A stretch of 64,000 bases of DNA from the human T2T-CHM13v2.0 reference genome, Homo sapiens: the NCBI RefSeq assembly GCF_009914755.1, contig NC_060925.1; one strand, written 5' to 3'. A program made the position numbers and the translations under genes. The notes beneath the pieces are model-generated. The model did no database searches, had not been told where the DNA came from, and saw only the letters and a program-made list of their open reading frames with translations. Shown here piece by piece: positions 10,379 to 21,578 of this stretch; within the stretch, counting starts at the first letter, position 1; each line of letters begins with the position of its first letter.

Positions 10379-13300
10379 GTTGGTATTAAGAGAGGTGGGG
10401 AAAACAAGTCAATAATGTTGCCTACGTGACCCGGGTTTCTAGATTTACAGCTTTTAAGCTTTCAGGGACATAAAATTTCACTGTTTTTAAACCTAGTTGG
10501 TTGCCATATTTTATATCTTTAAGTGGATGCAACTTCTCAAAATGACGTACTTTGAACAAACTCCTCAAATCCAATAACATCCTTGATATCAAGTGGGGTC
10601 CAGATTTGGTCTTAGTTTTTGGAATGTTTTTGTGACGGTGGGGATTTTAAAGTAGTCAGTGTAGGGCCGAGGTTTGTTTGTTTTGTTTTGTTTTTAAAGA
10701 CAGCTCTGTAAACACATTATTATGATTATTATTTGAAGTAAATACACTGCTATTAGTGGTTTTACGTACTTTGCCCCCAATAATAGACTTTAACGTTAAT
10801 TTTCTTGACTACTGATGAGGGTGTTTTTCCTTCAAATGCTTCAAGTTTTGACAAACGACCTTTCCTCGTTTGGAATGGGTGGCCTGGGCACCGGGACAGG
10901 ATGTACATTTTACAGTTAATGTAATACCATCCACTCATTCAGGAGTCGGGAGGAATAAAAAGTTGAATTTTCTAATCAGAGCTCAGCTGCAGTGTCTTTG
11001 TCTCTACGGTCATGCCGTGGTGTGCTCTAATTTTCAGTAATTAGATTTACAGGCAACAATTGACACATGTCCAGCTGCCAAGTATTGTACCTGATAATTT
11101 TTTTCCTCTTCTGAATGTTATCATGTAACTTAGGTGAAAGGCTTAGAAACAGAAAAATGACAAAATAGTTTAAAATAGTTGCTTTATCAGAGTTCTGATG
11201 ATATTCTTATGAGCTATTCTTATTTGGAAATGCAACACTTGAAGCTGTTTTTGAAAACCCAGTGGGGAGAGGGTTTTTAGAGGGCTTTGTTTCGGTTACA
11301 AGAATTAAAAATTTAAGTGCCAAGAGATATACTATTAACAAACAAAGTCCATACAGTCTGTACATTTTCAGTCAGAATACACTGGCCTTGCAAAAATTTC
11401 AGTATTAAGGAAGTTTATGCACAGATACTAAATTATTTATCTTGTTATTGCTGCTACATTAAGTAATGATTTTTTTTCCTTTTTCTACCTAGTAGTTTTG
11501 AACAGGTTTAGTGATGATAGCAAAGTAACAAATTTAATATATTGAAAAGTTTCCTTTTGAAAACTCAAAAGATTATATAAACTTCACAAAGAATGAACTA
11601 CTTAACCCATGTTCATGATAAGATTTTACAGGATTTTTGACGAACAGGAAGACTGGGAAATTAATAATATTCTTTTAAAAAGTTTTGACAAACATTTTTA
11701 ATACAACTTTGCAATCTTGTTTATATTAAACATACTTATCAAGATACTAACACCCACTTATTGTGGCTTAGTCCTTGTACATATAACGAAACACACACAC
11801 AGAAACTGGAGTTTCAAGGCTTATTTTCAATATGTATAATCCTGACTCTGAAGTTGTGTCATAAGTCAAGAAATAACTTTCTTCAAAACCGTTTCCAATA
11901 TTGCTATTATTTTCTGTGAAAAAAGGTGAATTTTCTTCTACAATTATGTTTATTTAACTCAATTTCAAAAGCCTTTTCCACCTTCCTAGTGTACATTTTT
12001 CTATCAGGTTAATATCAAAGGCCTTAATCGTATGTTTGCTTTACGAAGATCCAAGGTATCTGTCTCTTATTTTTCTCATTCCAGGTCCTTAAATATGACT
12101 AAATCTTTAGAGACAGTTGTGGTCGTATCAATTTTTAATAACCAAAAAGTATGTTTCATTGAAGTTCTTGAAATATAAATTATGTATCACTGTTTACCAC
12201 TGCTCCAAAGGAAGAGCTAAAAATCAACAGTTTTATCAACAGGGGAGCTTAATATCTTGTCCATCTATGTAGTTTGCATTTACAAAATATTACTCATTTT
12301 AAATATATTTTGTTATTTAATGTGTGATTAGATTTTTTTAAACAAACATTTAAAAAAGATAGAACGACTTTGTATTTTCCATTAGCATTTAATTTCATAA
12401 ACATTGAGTGTCTATTATACAAGATATTTATTATAAATTTAGATTATTATGGATATACCTAGATATAAATAAACCAGTGTAAATTCTGAAAATGTGTGGC
12501 ATGTTAATGAAAGTAATATTTTTTCACAACTAAATTATATGTATTTTATATTTGCATGCTGTTCTACAAGATACTTTATAAGAGACCACTGTTAGAGTGA
12601 AATATATTCAAACAATAGTAGATAATCTTTGTTATGTGAATTATTTGTATGTTGATAGCAAGTGTTAATACCACATTCTGACTTTTAAAATGTTGGCAGT
12701 TTACAAATAGCTGTTCCTTAAATGCTTGATAATAACTGAAAAAGGAACTAACACAGGATCACCAGTTGATTATTAAATGAGCTCAAACCACAAGACAAGG
12801 CTGTCCGTGTCCCAAAACACCCATTAAATATCTTATTTTTTCTTCTTTTGCTCATTTGAAAATCAGGAGGCTTGTCAGAACTTTGAGAAACAGTATATAA
12901 TGTAATAGGGTGACTATTTCATTATTTTCAAGAACAGTTGTCCTACAATAATTTCCTACTGTGATACAAGGCATATCAGGAACTTAGTTTTATATAAATT
13001 GATATCATAAGCAATTTAGAACACTGTGGCTTATTTAACACCTTAATAATCAGTACTGTTTTGTAACTTAAAATGAAGGATTCTAAACATTGAATACACC
13101 TAGTAGCCAATATTAAATAACTTGCAAATAAAAAATATTTTTAAGAAATGCTTGGAAATTTGGAGCTATATCTATTTGGAGGGAACTTGTAAAAATTGAT
13201 CATTTAAGAAAATATCAGGCCTGGATTTTTAAAACATCATTTTTACACTCACTCATGGAGTTGGTTTAGAGAAACTCAACATCCTTATTTGTTTGCAGTA

Positions 13301-13773
13301 GCTATTTAGAAAATAAAGTTTAACCACATATGATTTTCTAGAATTAATACCACAGGCACATTTTATGAGCATGAACAATCAAACAGAAGGAGACTCTTAT
13401 TTAAATCCCAAATTCCATTTCTGTTATTTTAATAAATTCGTGAAATTACACAACTCTTCATGGAACATAGAGAACAGAATTGTTAGCAAATGCTATACAT
13501 GTTGCACAAATTCTATCTTATTGATCAATTTATCCTACTTTTGGGCCCATTTAAGACGTTCCATCATAGAAGCTCAATTTTTAGAAGTTGTCTTCTACTT
13601 TCACCTACTAGCACTTTTCTGCATTTGACCCCTTCAAGCCCCATCCTATGGGTCTTCCGCAAGAACTCCATCAAAAATAAATAGTTACATAAATGGAAGG
13701 ACAGGCAGATATTTTAAAATATCTCTGTAGCATATGCACTTGAAGGATTCTACCATTTCTACTTCTTTTCCAG

Positions 13774-14151
13774 GTTATGAAACTTGGAAATCCCGAGATT
13801 GCCAGGAGACTGCTACTTAGAGGTGCTAATCCCGATTTGAAAGACCGAACTGGTTTCGCTGTCATTCATGATGCGGCCAGAGCAGGTTTCCTGGACACTT
13901 TACAGACTTTGCTGGAGTTTCAAGCTGATGTTAACATCGAGGATAATGAAGGGAACCTGCCCTTGCACTTGGCTGCCAAAGAAGGCCACCTCCGGGTGGT
14001 GGAGTTCCTGGTGAAGCACACGGCCAGCAATGTGGGGCATCGGAACCATAAGGGGGACACCGCCTGTGATTTGGCCAGGCTCTATGGGAGGAATGAGGTT
14101 GTTAGCCTGATGCAGGCAAACGGGGCTGGGGGAGCCACAAATCTTCAATAA
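13774..14151 (+). CDS. CDKN2C: CDKN2C / p18INK4c last coding exon (aa 44-168), ankyrin repeats of an INK4 CDK4/6 inhibitor
   Basis: Acceptor TTCTTTTCCAG|GTT at 13773/13774; VMKLGNPEIARRLLLRGANPDLKDRTGFAVIHDAARAG...GGATNLQ*; total CDS 507 nt. Confidence 0.99.
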   Translation, partial: VMKLGNPEIARRLLLRGANPDLKDRTGFAVIHDAARAGFLDTLQTLLEFQADVNIEDNEGNLPLHLAAKEGHLRVVEFLVKHTASNVGHRNHKGDTACDLARLYGRNEVVSLMQANGAGGATNLQ

Positions 14152-14515
14152 ACGTGGGGAGGGCTCCCCCACGTTGCCTCTACTTTATCAATTAACTGAG
14201 TAGCTCTCCTGACTTTTAATGTCATTTGTTAAAATACAGTTCTGTCATATGTTAAGCAGCTAAATTTTCTGAAACTGCATAAGTGAAAATCTTACAACAG
14301 GCTTATGAATATATTTAAGCAACATCTTTTTAACCTGCAAAATCTGTTCTAACATGTAATTGCAGATAACTTTGACTTTCTTCTGAATATTTTATCTTTC
14401 CTTGGCTTTTCCCTTGCTTCCCCTTTTGCCAATCTCAACACCCAAGTTGAAGACTTTGTTTTTAAAATGGTTTGTCCTGATGCTTTTGTCTAATTAAAAC
14501 ACTTTCAAAACAGGA
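14152..14515 (+). other. CDKN2C: CDKN2C 3' UTR
   Basis: Follows TAA; ends after ATTAAA at 14493-14498 with a T/GT-rich element downstream. End approximate. Confidence 0.75.
14493..14498 (+). terminator. Polyadenylation signal ATTAAA
   Basis: Variant hexamer followed by TTTTTCTGTGATTTT at 14521-14535. Confidence 0.7.
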
Positions 14516-17279
14516 CAACATTTTTCTGTGATTTTCCCTCCTTTAGAACCCATACACAACTTATCACTTGCTAAGGAGAACTGTACTAAAAGTTATTGAA
14601 TGTCTTAAGTCTTTACACTAGAAAAGGTAGACCAACTGGAAAACTAGACATACTCTCTTGATGATTCAGTTGTTTTCATCCTTTACCCATGTCCCGTCCA
14701 CCTTGGTGCCTAGTATTTCTGCTTTAAAACAAAATAAGGACAACTTTTTTTTTTTTTGAAGATTAAGCCTGAAATTTCAGTGTGAATTTCCCTTAATGTC
14801 CAATCTTCCCTTTTTCTCGACATTAAGTCAAATAGTTGAAGGACAGAGTTCAGAAGTAGCAATCTGAAAACATATTTTAGCTCTAAAGTTTTAAAAGAAA
14901 ATGCCACCTTAAAAATGCTTACCACTAATGGATTTTTAATCACAAAATGAAGCAAATGGTTAAATAATACACTTCCCAAAATTATATCATAAATACACTA
15001 AGTGTAATGTGGACTTTTTCTCCCTGAGTGTAAGAAATGTAAAATTACAAAATGTTTAAGCATTAAAGTGCAAATATCAATCTTTAGGCAATGAAAAACA
15101 GCGAGACAAATGTATAAATTACATATAAAGGTCATAACTATTTCAGAATTTGCAGAATAATAAATGTAGAAAGTTTTAAAATAATAAATGAGCAACTCCC
15201 ACAAATGGTACTTAATTTCCACAAAACTTTTTAGTAAAAGAGTATACAATCTTTTTAGGAGCACATTTACCTAAAAAAAATTTTTTAATTTTTAAATTTT
15301 TTTTAAGGAAGTAGAAATATTAAATTTCCAAGACAATTTTCTAGCATCTACTACTTGGTCATTTTAATTTACACTTTTCAACAACAGATTTCAATACAGT
15401 TATCATTTGCAAATTCATACATACTTTATTCATCATCTACCACATGATCAAAGATGTTTTATGTGAACGTTCCCTCCTACTTCATAAGCTCTCTGCCCTC
15501 ACTCCAAAAAGAATAAAATGCCTCAAGGTTTATTGAAGGACATGGTTCTGATGCCTGACCTAACAAGGATTGGAATGGCTGGGTGGCAGGCAAGTGGTTT
15601 TCAATAATTTATTTTCCATGATAGTATAAAAGAATATAGAAAGAAAAGATTAATCCTTTTAATTTTGCAGTAAAATTTACATTCCCTAAGTGCAAAAAGA
15701 CCTCATCCTCTGACACCTTTAACCACAAATTACTAAATAAATTTATTTTTGATGGCAACAAAATTGAAACACTTATTTAAGAAAAACAGAGATTGAGGTG
15801 GTTTTGAAGTAAAAGTGTCATATTTTGGATTCTAAAATGGAGTCAATATACAAAATATACTACTTTGATAAGCCGAATATTTTTTAACAGAACACTAACT
15901 GAAAGTAATTTTTTTAAAAAACCCTCTTACAAGTTACAACTGTAAAGATGGACGGTCATGATTTTAAAATCCAGTTTAATGGACTTCACAGCATCCAACA
16001 TGTCTCGGCATTTACTTTATTTAATAGAATAAAATTTCCCTTTAGAGATTTCAAATATAAAAGCATAGGACATTCATAAAGCAAAAGAGGAGTTACTTCT
16101 GCAGTTGCTTTGTTCTCGGGTGGTCGGAGCACAATAGAGGGAGAGGACGCTCTATCTTTTCATCAGTCTAAAAGTTGTTAGGCATTAAAACATCGCCATA
16201 TTACTCTAGCTCTGTGCGGGAAGTAGCTTTGCTAATCTAAGTATTTTAGAAATGAGTTATGTGGTCCCCTCTAGGAAATATGAAAAGCCATTATTCAATC
16301 TCAAAAACCTCAACAATATTCTGTAAGCCTCTTGAACATGCCGAAATGTATAGGATGGATGAAACGGTGCTGCTGGGGACCTATTTTTCAGCGACCTGAG
16401 GTGGGGAGGGAGGGGTCTGAACTTATTCAGATGCAGAGAGTGGGGATGCAAGTGCTAATTAATGGAGTGTCCAGAGCTCCAGGAGACGACGCTGTTGTAA
16501 GGATGGAGGATACAAAGCAGAGGATGCGCTCTCAAATTCAGTTCTTCACCGCTGCGTCCACATTCACGTCGGGAAACTTGGTCTCAGCCTTTGCCCAGGA
16601 AGCTGAAGCCAGGCTTACACCTGGGGGTGGAGGGCACTAACATGACCTCGGTTCAAGTTCTGGTCCCCGAACTGCTAAACAAAGTGTCTTTTATCACATT
16701 TTGGTAGTGAATTAAGTTTTCTGATAAACATTATGCATCTTGCAACGGTGTGATGAGTTCATGTACACACACACCACAATGGGCGACTGATCAATAAGTA
16801 GGTTAAGTATTCTGTCCCGAGAAAGCAATATGATGTATTTCCCTTATCGTATTGATCAAAAGAACGTTGTGGATGGAGTCCGTGGCCCAGGACTGGTTTC
16901 GAAATCTCAGTTCCCAAAAAGGTGCTTTCGGCTTTTGCCGGGGGTAGAAGTAAATAGTCCATAGGCGCCGGGCAGTCACAGTGCTGGAGCAAGAAAAGGT
17001 CGTGCTCACAGCCTTCCTGGCTGCCCTAAGCAACCTTCATCAAAAGGCTACGGGGGAAAGTCCCTGTCTCGGTCTCTGGAGACTGTTCTGCTTTTATATG
17101 GCAGTCCCATGAAAACAGCTCCACGCAGGAACCTAGTGAGAGGCAGGAAACAAATTTCCCACCTGAGACCCCGGGTAAAGCTCTGCCCATAGCCAACCCA
17201 AGCCTTCCACGGAGGGGCTGCGAAGACATCTTTTCTGTCCCTCTGAAACTCCTTCTCCAGACTCCAGCTCCAACTCCCG

Positions 17280-18580
17280 GGGCCCTAGTGATAGGAAGCT
17301 GGAGCCCAGAGCTCCCTCAGGGCGCGCAGAAAAGCCAGGGGTGGGGGTGGGGGAGCTTCAAAACCGTTAGCTCGCGTTTTTTCCCCCTCCCTCGCTAAGG
17401 TTTCTTTTCTTTTCTCTTCCTGTCCAAATATTTCAAATTTCCGCGCCTTAAATAACAGTCTCCTTTTATTTAGTTAGTTTCCTCGGCAGGTTTGGCAGCC
17501 CGCTTGTCTCTGCCCCCCTACGGGCCCGGGGCGCCTCGGGCGCCTCGGTGCTGCCTGCAGCCCCCGCGCGCTGCCCCCAGCCCAGCTTGCGCTGTACGGA
17601 GCGCGCCCGCCGGAGTCACAGCCCCCTCCTGCCGCGACCTCGCCTGACCCGGCTGTCCGGGCACCCGGAGGCAACTAAGGCCGCCCCCTGCCCAGATGCC
17701 GGCCTGCCTCTCAGCTTGACTTCCCTCCCCGGACTTTGGAGTGTCTTCTGCGTTAGGATTTGGATCCCAGTGGCCCTGGAGCGGCAGAAGGGCCGCGGCG
17801 ATAGGAAAGCAGCGAAGGAGGCCAGTGGCCGGAGTCTGCCCCAGCCCCCACCCGCGGGTAACCTTGGAGGCGCCCTCGGAGTGAGTGTGTGCGCGGCCGC
17901 GCGGCCGGCCGGGGCGAGCAGGAGCACCGCGCCGCGGGCAGGAGGCGGGAGCGGGGGGGCGGGGAGGGGGAGCGGGCGCCGGCGCCTCCCGGCCGCCGGC
18001 GCAGCGCCCCGGGAGCTGCGGGTTCCCCGGGCGGCCAGGCGACCCCGGTCCTGGCCCTCAGGCAGCGGTCCCCGAGGAGGCGGCAGCCATCCCACTGGAC
18101 GGTTCTGGCGACCTGTGCCTGAGGACCGGGGCCGGAGGGCGGCCAGGGAGCAAGGGCCAGCGGGCCGGTGAGTGCCTAGCTCTTCGCGGAGGTGAGCTGG
18201 CGGCGGGACGCAGCGGGGAGGCTGAGCAAACGGCGCCCGACCTCGATGCCAGCACTCCCTTCCCCTCCCCCCATGACAGCTGAGGACAGCCGGGCTCTGA
18301 GCCTCGCGTCCAGTTGCGAGGAGGCAAATGCCTCTCTGGCTTCTTAGCCCCTCAGACTATTCGGGAAGTTGACCTATGGTTTTGTCGGTCCCCCCCCCAA
18401 CCCCACAAATTACTAGACGCCCAGGACTGACAATGCACGTTCAATTCCGAAAGACCCTCCTCCCGAAACACCGTGAACTGCAGGGCTCGGGTGCGCAAAA
18501 CACCTAGAAAGGGGTCTTTTTTCAACCCGAAATAGTTTTGAAAATCGAGTACTGTAGGGATCATCAGCGACGCCTCAAAA
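17280..18580. promoter_or_regulatory. Orphan CpG island downstream of CDKN2C
   Basis: ~1.3 kb of very high GC/CpG, GC boxes and a G4 motif at 17947-17976; no recognisable CDS. Confidence 0.85.
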
Positions 18581-21493
18581 CAATTAAAAAAAAATCCCCA
18601 GATCTGGACACAGACTTGCTAAATTAAGGTTCCAGTGAAATGTTTTGTCATTTGCTCTAGAAACATTGTGCGAGCTTCAGGTGTTAGGATGTGGGTTTGG
18701 AATTTTCTGTGGTGTCTTTAATCCTCAAAGACATTAAATAACAGCGTGGTTACACCCCCCGGCAAGCGAGCAAAGGTTATCCTTGCCACCACAGCACCTG
18801 CAGAAGCACAGTGGAACTCACATATTTTGCTTCCTGAGTTCTAAAATGGCTTCTGAACAGTCCAGAGGTACCAGCACATAGGAGCAGGGGGACCGGAGAC
18901 CGGGAGAGAGATTGTACATTTAAAAAAACTACGCAGATACTATTACACTTCAATTGTTCCACCTCACCTTTCTCCCCCAGCCCTCATCCTCATCGGACAA
19001 GGAAGAATTTTAGTGTAGGCCTGTTCAATAATTCTAAATACAGCCTTTTTCTTTTCTCTCATGTCTCCCCCCACCACCAAATAAAAACAAAAACAAAAAA
19101 CAACCAGCCAAAAACATCAGCTCTTTGGGGGAGGAAGTAAAAAACCACCAATCCTTATCCAACTACACGTCATTTCTTTTGAGCACTAAGAAGAAATGCT
19201 ACATACAACCAATGCTATGAAAGAAATAATTTATCAGGACTTCATACGCATTTAATTTGGTATAATTAAAGTGATATTGTCTTTTAACATGAAAATAATG
19301 GGACAGTTTCTGAAACTGATGCATGAAAAACTCAAAAATCTTCCTGGACATTTTTGGAGACAGAAGCTTCTGCTCTTTTAATTTTCTAAGTAACTAAGAG
19401 TAGTTACTTAGAAAAAGCTGATACTTTATCTTGACCATATAAAGCAGTATCATGCGAATTTTATTTTCATTATGTGTCTTAGATTTTCAGATTAGTTGTA
19501 TGAATAGTGAAAGATCACATAAAAAGGAAACTGCCAACATCTTTTAATGTTGAATTTTTAATTTAGAAATGCAACTAAATTATTTATCACAACTCTATTA
19601 AAATACAGTCCACTCCCTGTTCCTTCTCAGTGGACAGTCTGCACAACTGGCTGGTAAAGAAGTTTGTCCTGAGCTTAAAATTTATGCTTTGGAAACATTA
19701 TTTTCTAAAATAAAAAAAAAACTTACTGATTTTTAGGAATAATTATTCTATAATTTGGCTACTCCGTACACAACTAATGTAACAGTATATCCTGTCTTAC
19801 ATTTTGGAACTTTTTTGGCAATTCTTGTTCCATAGTTTTCTCCTTCTGATAATTTTATTAAAAAGTAACTGTCCTCAGTGATATATCAGCATTCTGATAC
19901 CGATTCTGCTAATTCAGGCACTTCACACCAAACCTATACAGGCCATTTAAAAATGAACATGTATTCTTATTTTTGTCAAACTTTGGAACAGCTGTGAATA
20001 AATACTAACAATTGAAAGGCCTAGAATAATTAATTTGCAAATCAGCAATAATGTTATAGTGTGGTGATGATTCAAGATGAAATAAAAACTCATATATTAG
20101 AAGAATAAATAGGATGAAATTGTTAAATTAATCAGCACTTGATGATTAACAGGATAATATTCCTTGTTTCAGTATTCACATAGACAATACTGTATACTGT
20201 GGTGTGCTTTTTAACTATGAAAGATAACATTTAATAATCGTGAGATATAAAAGTAATTGATCACTCCAGAGTATCTTTTTCAAAACATAATTAAAAACAA
20301 TGGTTTACAAAATATTTCACTATATTATCACCTATAGTTTTGGCTGTCCACCCCACTTTTTAAAAAAATTTCTCTGTATATTTTTTTGTCTCCACATTTT
20401 AGGTGATGAACAAAAGTAGCATGTAGATAGAGGTTTTCAATACTTCTTTACTCCTGATTCTTCAGCCACCTATTTGCCTGTTCACAAACATTACTTCAAC
20501 TTTTAAAGTCATGTTTAATGATGCTAAAAGTAGTTATTATCCCCATTAATTCAAATTTATCATAGGCCTATGAGTGAAAAAGCATTCAGCCTATATTGTA
20601 TTTAAAATAAAGTTAAGTGAAAAAAAGTGTACATTAGATTACATCAATTGTGTATTTATGTTTGGCATATAAATTAGTTGAAATGTTTTATAATATTTAA
20701 CATTTCAATACATGCTAACATTTTCAGCATAGAATTAAGATCTAGAAAATCTTAATTTGTGATCTTCAGAAAATAACATTTTAATTTGTCATATTGATAA
20801 GACTAATCATTTTAAGAAAATGTTAATTTGTTAATACTTTACAGAAAAATATGAGGAAAAGACTGTGGTATGAAATCCAAAGCAATTTTTTAAAAATAAA
20901 TTACTCCTACTGGTAAATTACATATTTTAATTGTATTGTTGTTATTTTATAGTTACATTTTGCACTTTGTATGTGGACCAAAGCTTGCTATGTTTATCCA
21001 TAAGTATATAGTTGGTACTAACCAGTTAATCAAAATAATGTTGTTGGTCCTGTCCTATATGAGTATCCTTATGTATATGTGGATATGCTGAGATATTTCT
21101 TACTAAAGTTCAGTACTGAGCAAATGGATGTGGAACAAATACTATCAATTCACTTCACATTACTATTTTAAGATGACAAATTATGATCTACTAAAGAAAT
21201 ATAAACTGATTTTTTTTAGATATAGGTTAAATCATTTTAATTAATGATCCTGGGAAAGATAGAAATTAAAATCTTAGAACTGAAAACACCAATGCAGCTC
21301 CTCATTCTACCTAAGTTAATGTTTCAAAAGCTTGTCATGAGGCAAATATATTAAAAAGTCACTTATCCGCAATTTAGAAATTTCAAACATTAGAAAAGAA
21401 AGTATGACAGTGACAAGAGGAACAATGAATATTTTAAAGTTTTAGATAGCAATGCCTATAGGTTAATTTAATATTAATTACATGGTGGACAAC

Positions 21494-21578
21494 TTGCTAA
21501 AGAATCCAAAAGCAAGGACAAAAAAAGACCAGTAAAAGACATTTGCCCAAGAATCCAAAAGCAGGGCAAACAAGACCA
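21494..21578. repeat. Diverged ~49-bp direct repeat
   Basis: AAGAATCCAAAAGCA at 21500-21514 and 21549-21563 with similar flanks. Confidence 0.75.

Noticed and set aside
13774-14151. ARF-like long alternative reading frame in the last CDKN2C exon
   Set aside because: Both alternative + frames close quickly (TTA TGA immediately; TAG after 14 codons), so there is no p14ARF equivalent here.
13777-14151. Stand-alone 124-aa ORF from the track
   Set aside because: It is the last exon of the spliced CDKN2C CDS; its Met is internal residue 45.
13900-14172. 90-aa antisense ORF over the CDKN2C exon
   Set aside because: Antisense shadow of a coding exon with a non-AUG start and no independent support.
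16332-16640. 102-aa ORF downstream of CDKN2C
   Set aside because: Non-AUG start in the track, no recognisable homology, and located in a CpG-island shore.
17474-18327. Overlapping 66-207 aa ORFs in the downstream CpG island
   Set aside because: Present on both strands and several frames, G/R/A/P low complexity, many with non-AUG starts; expected in stop-poor GC-rich DNA.
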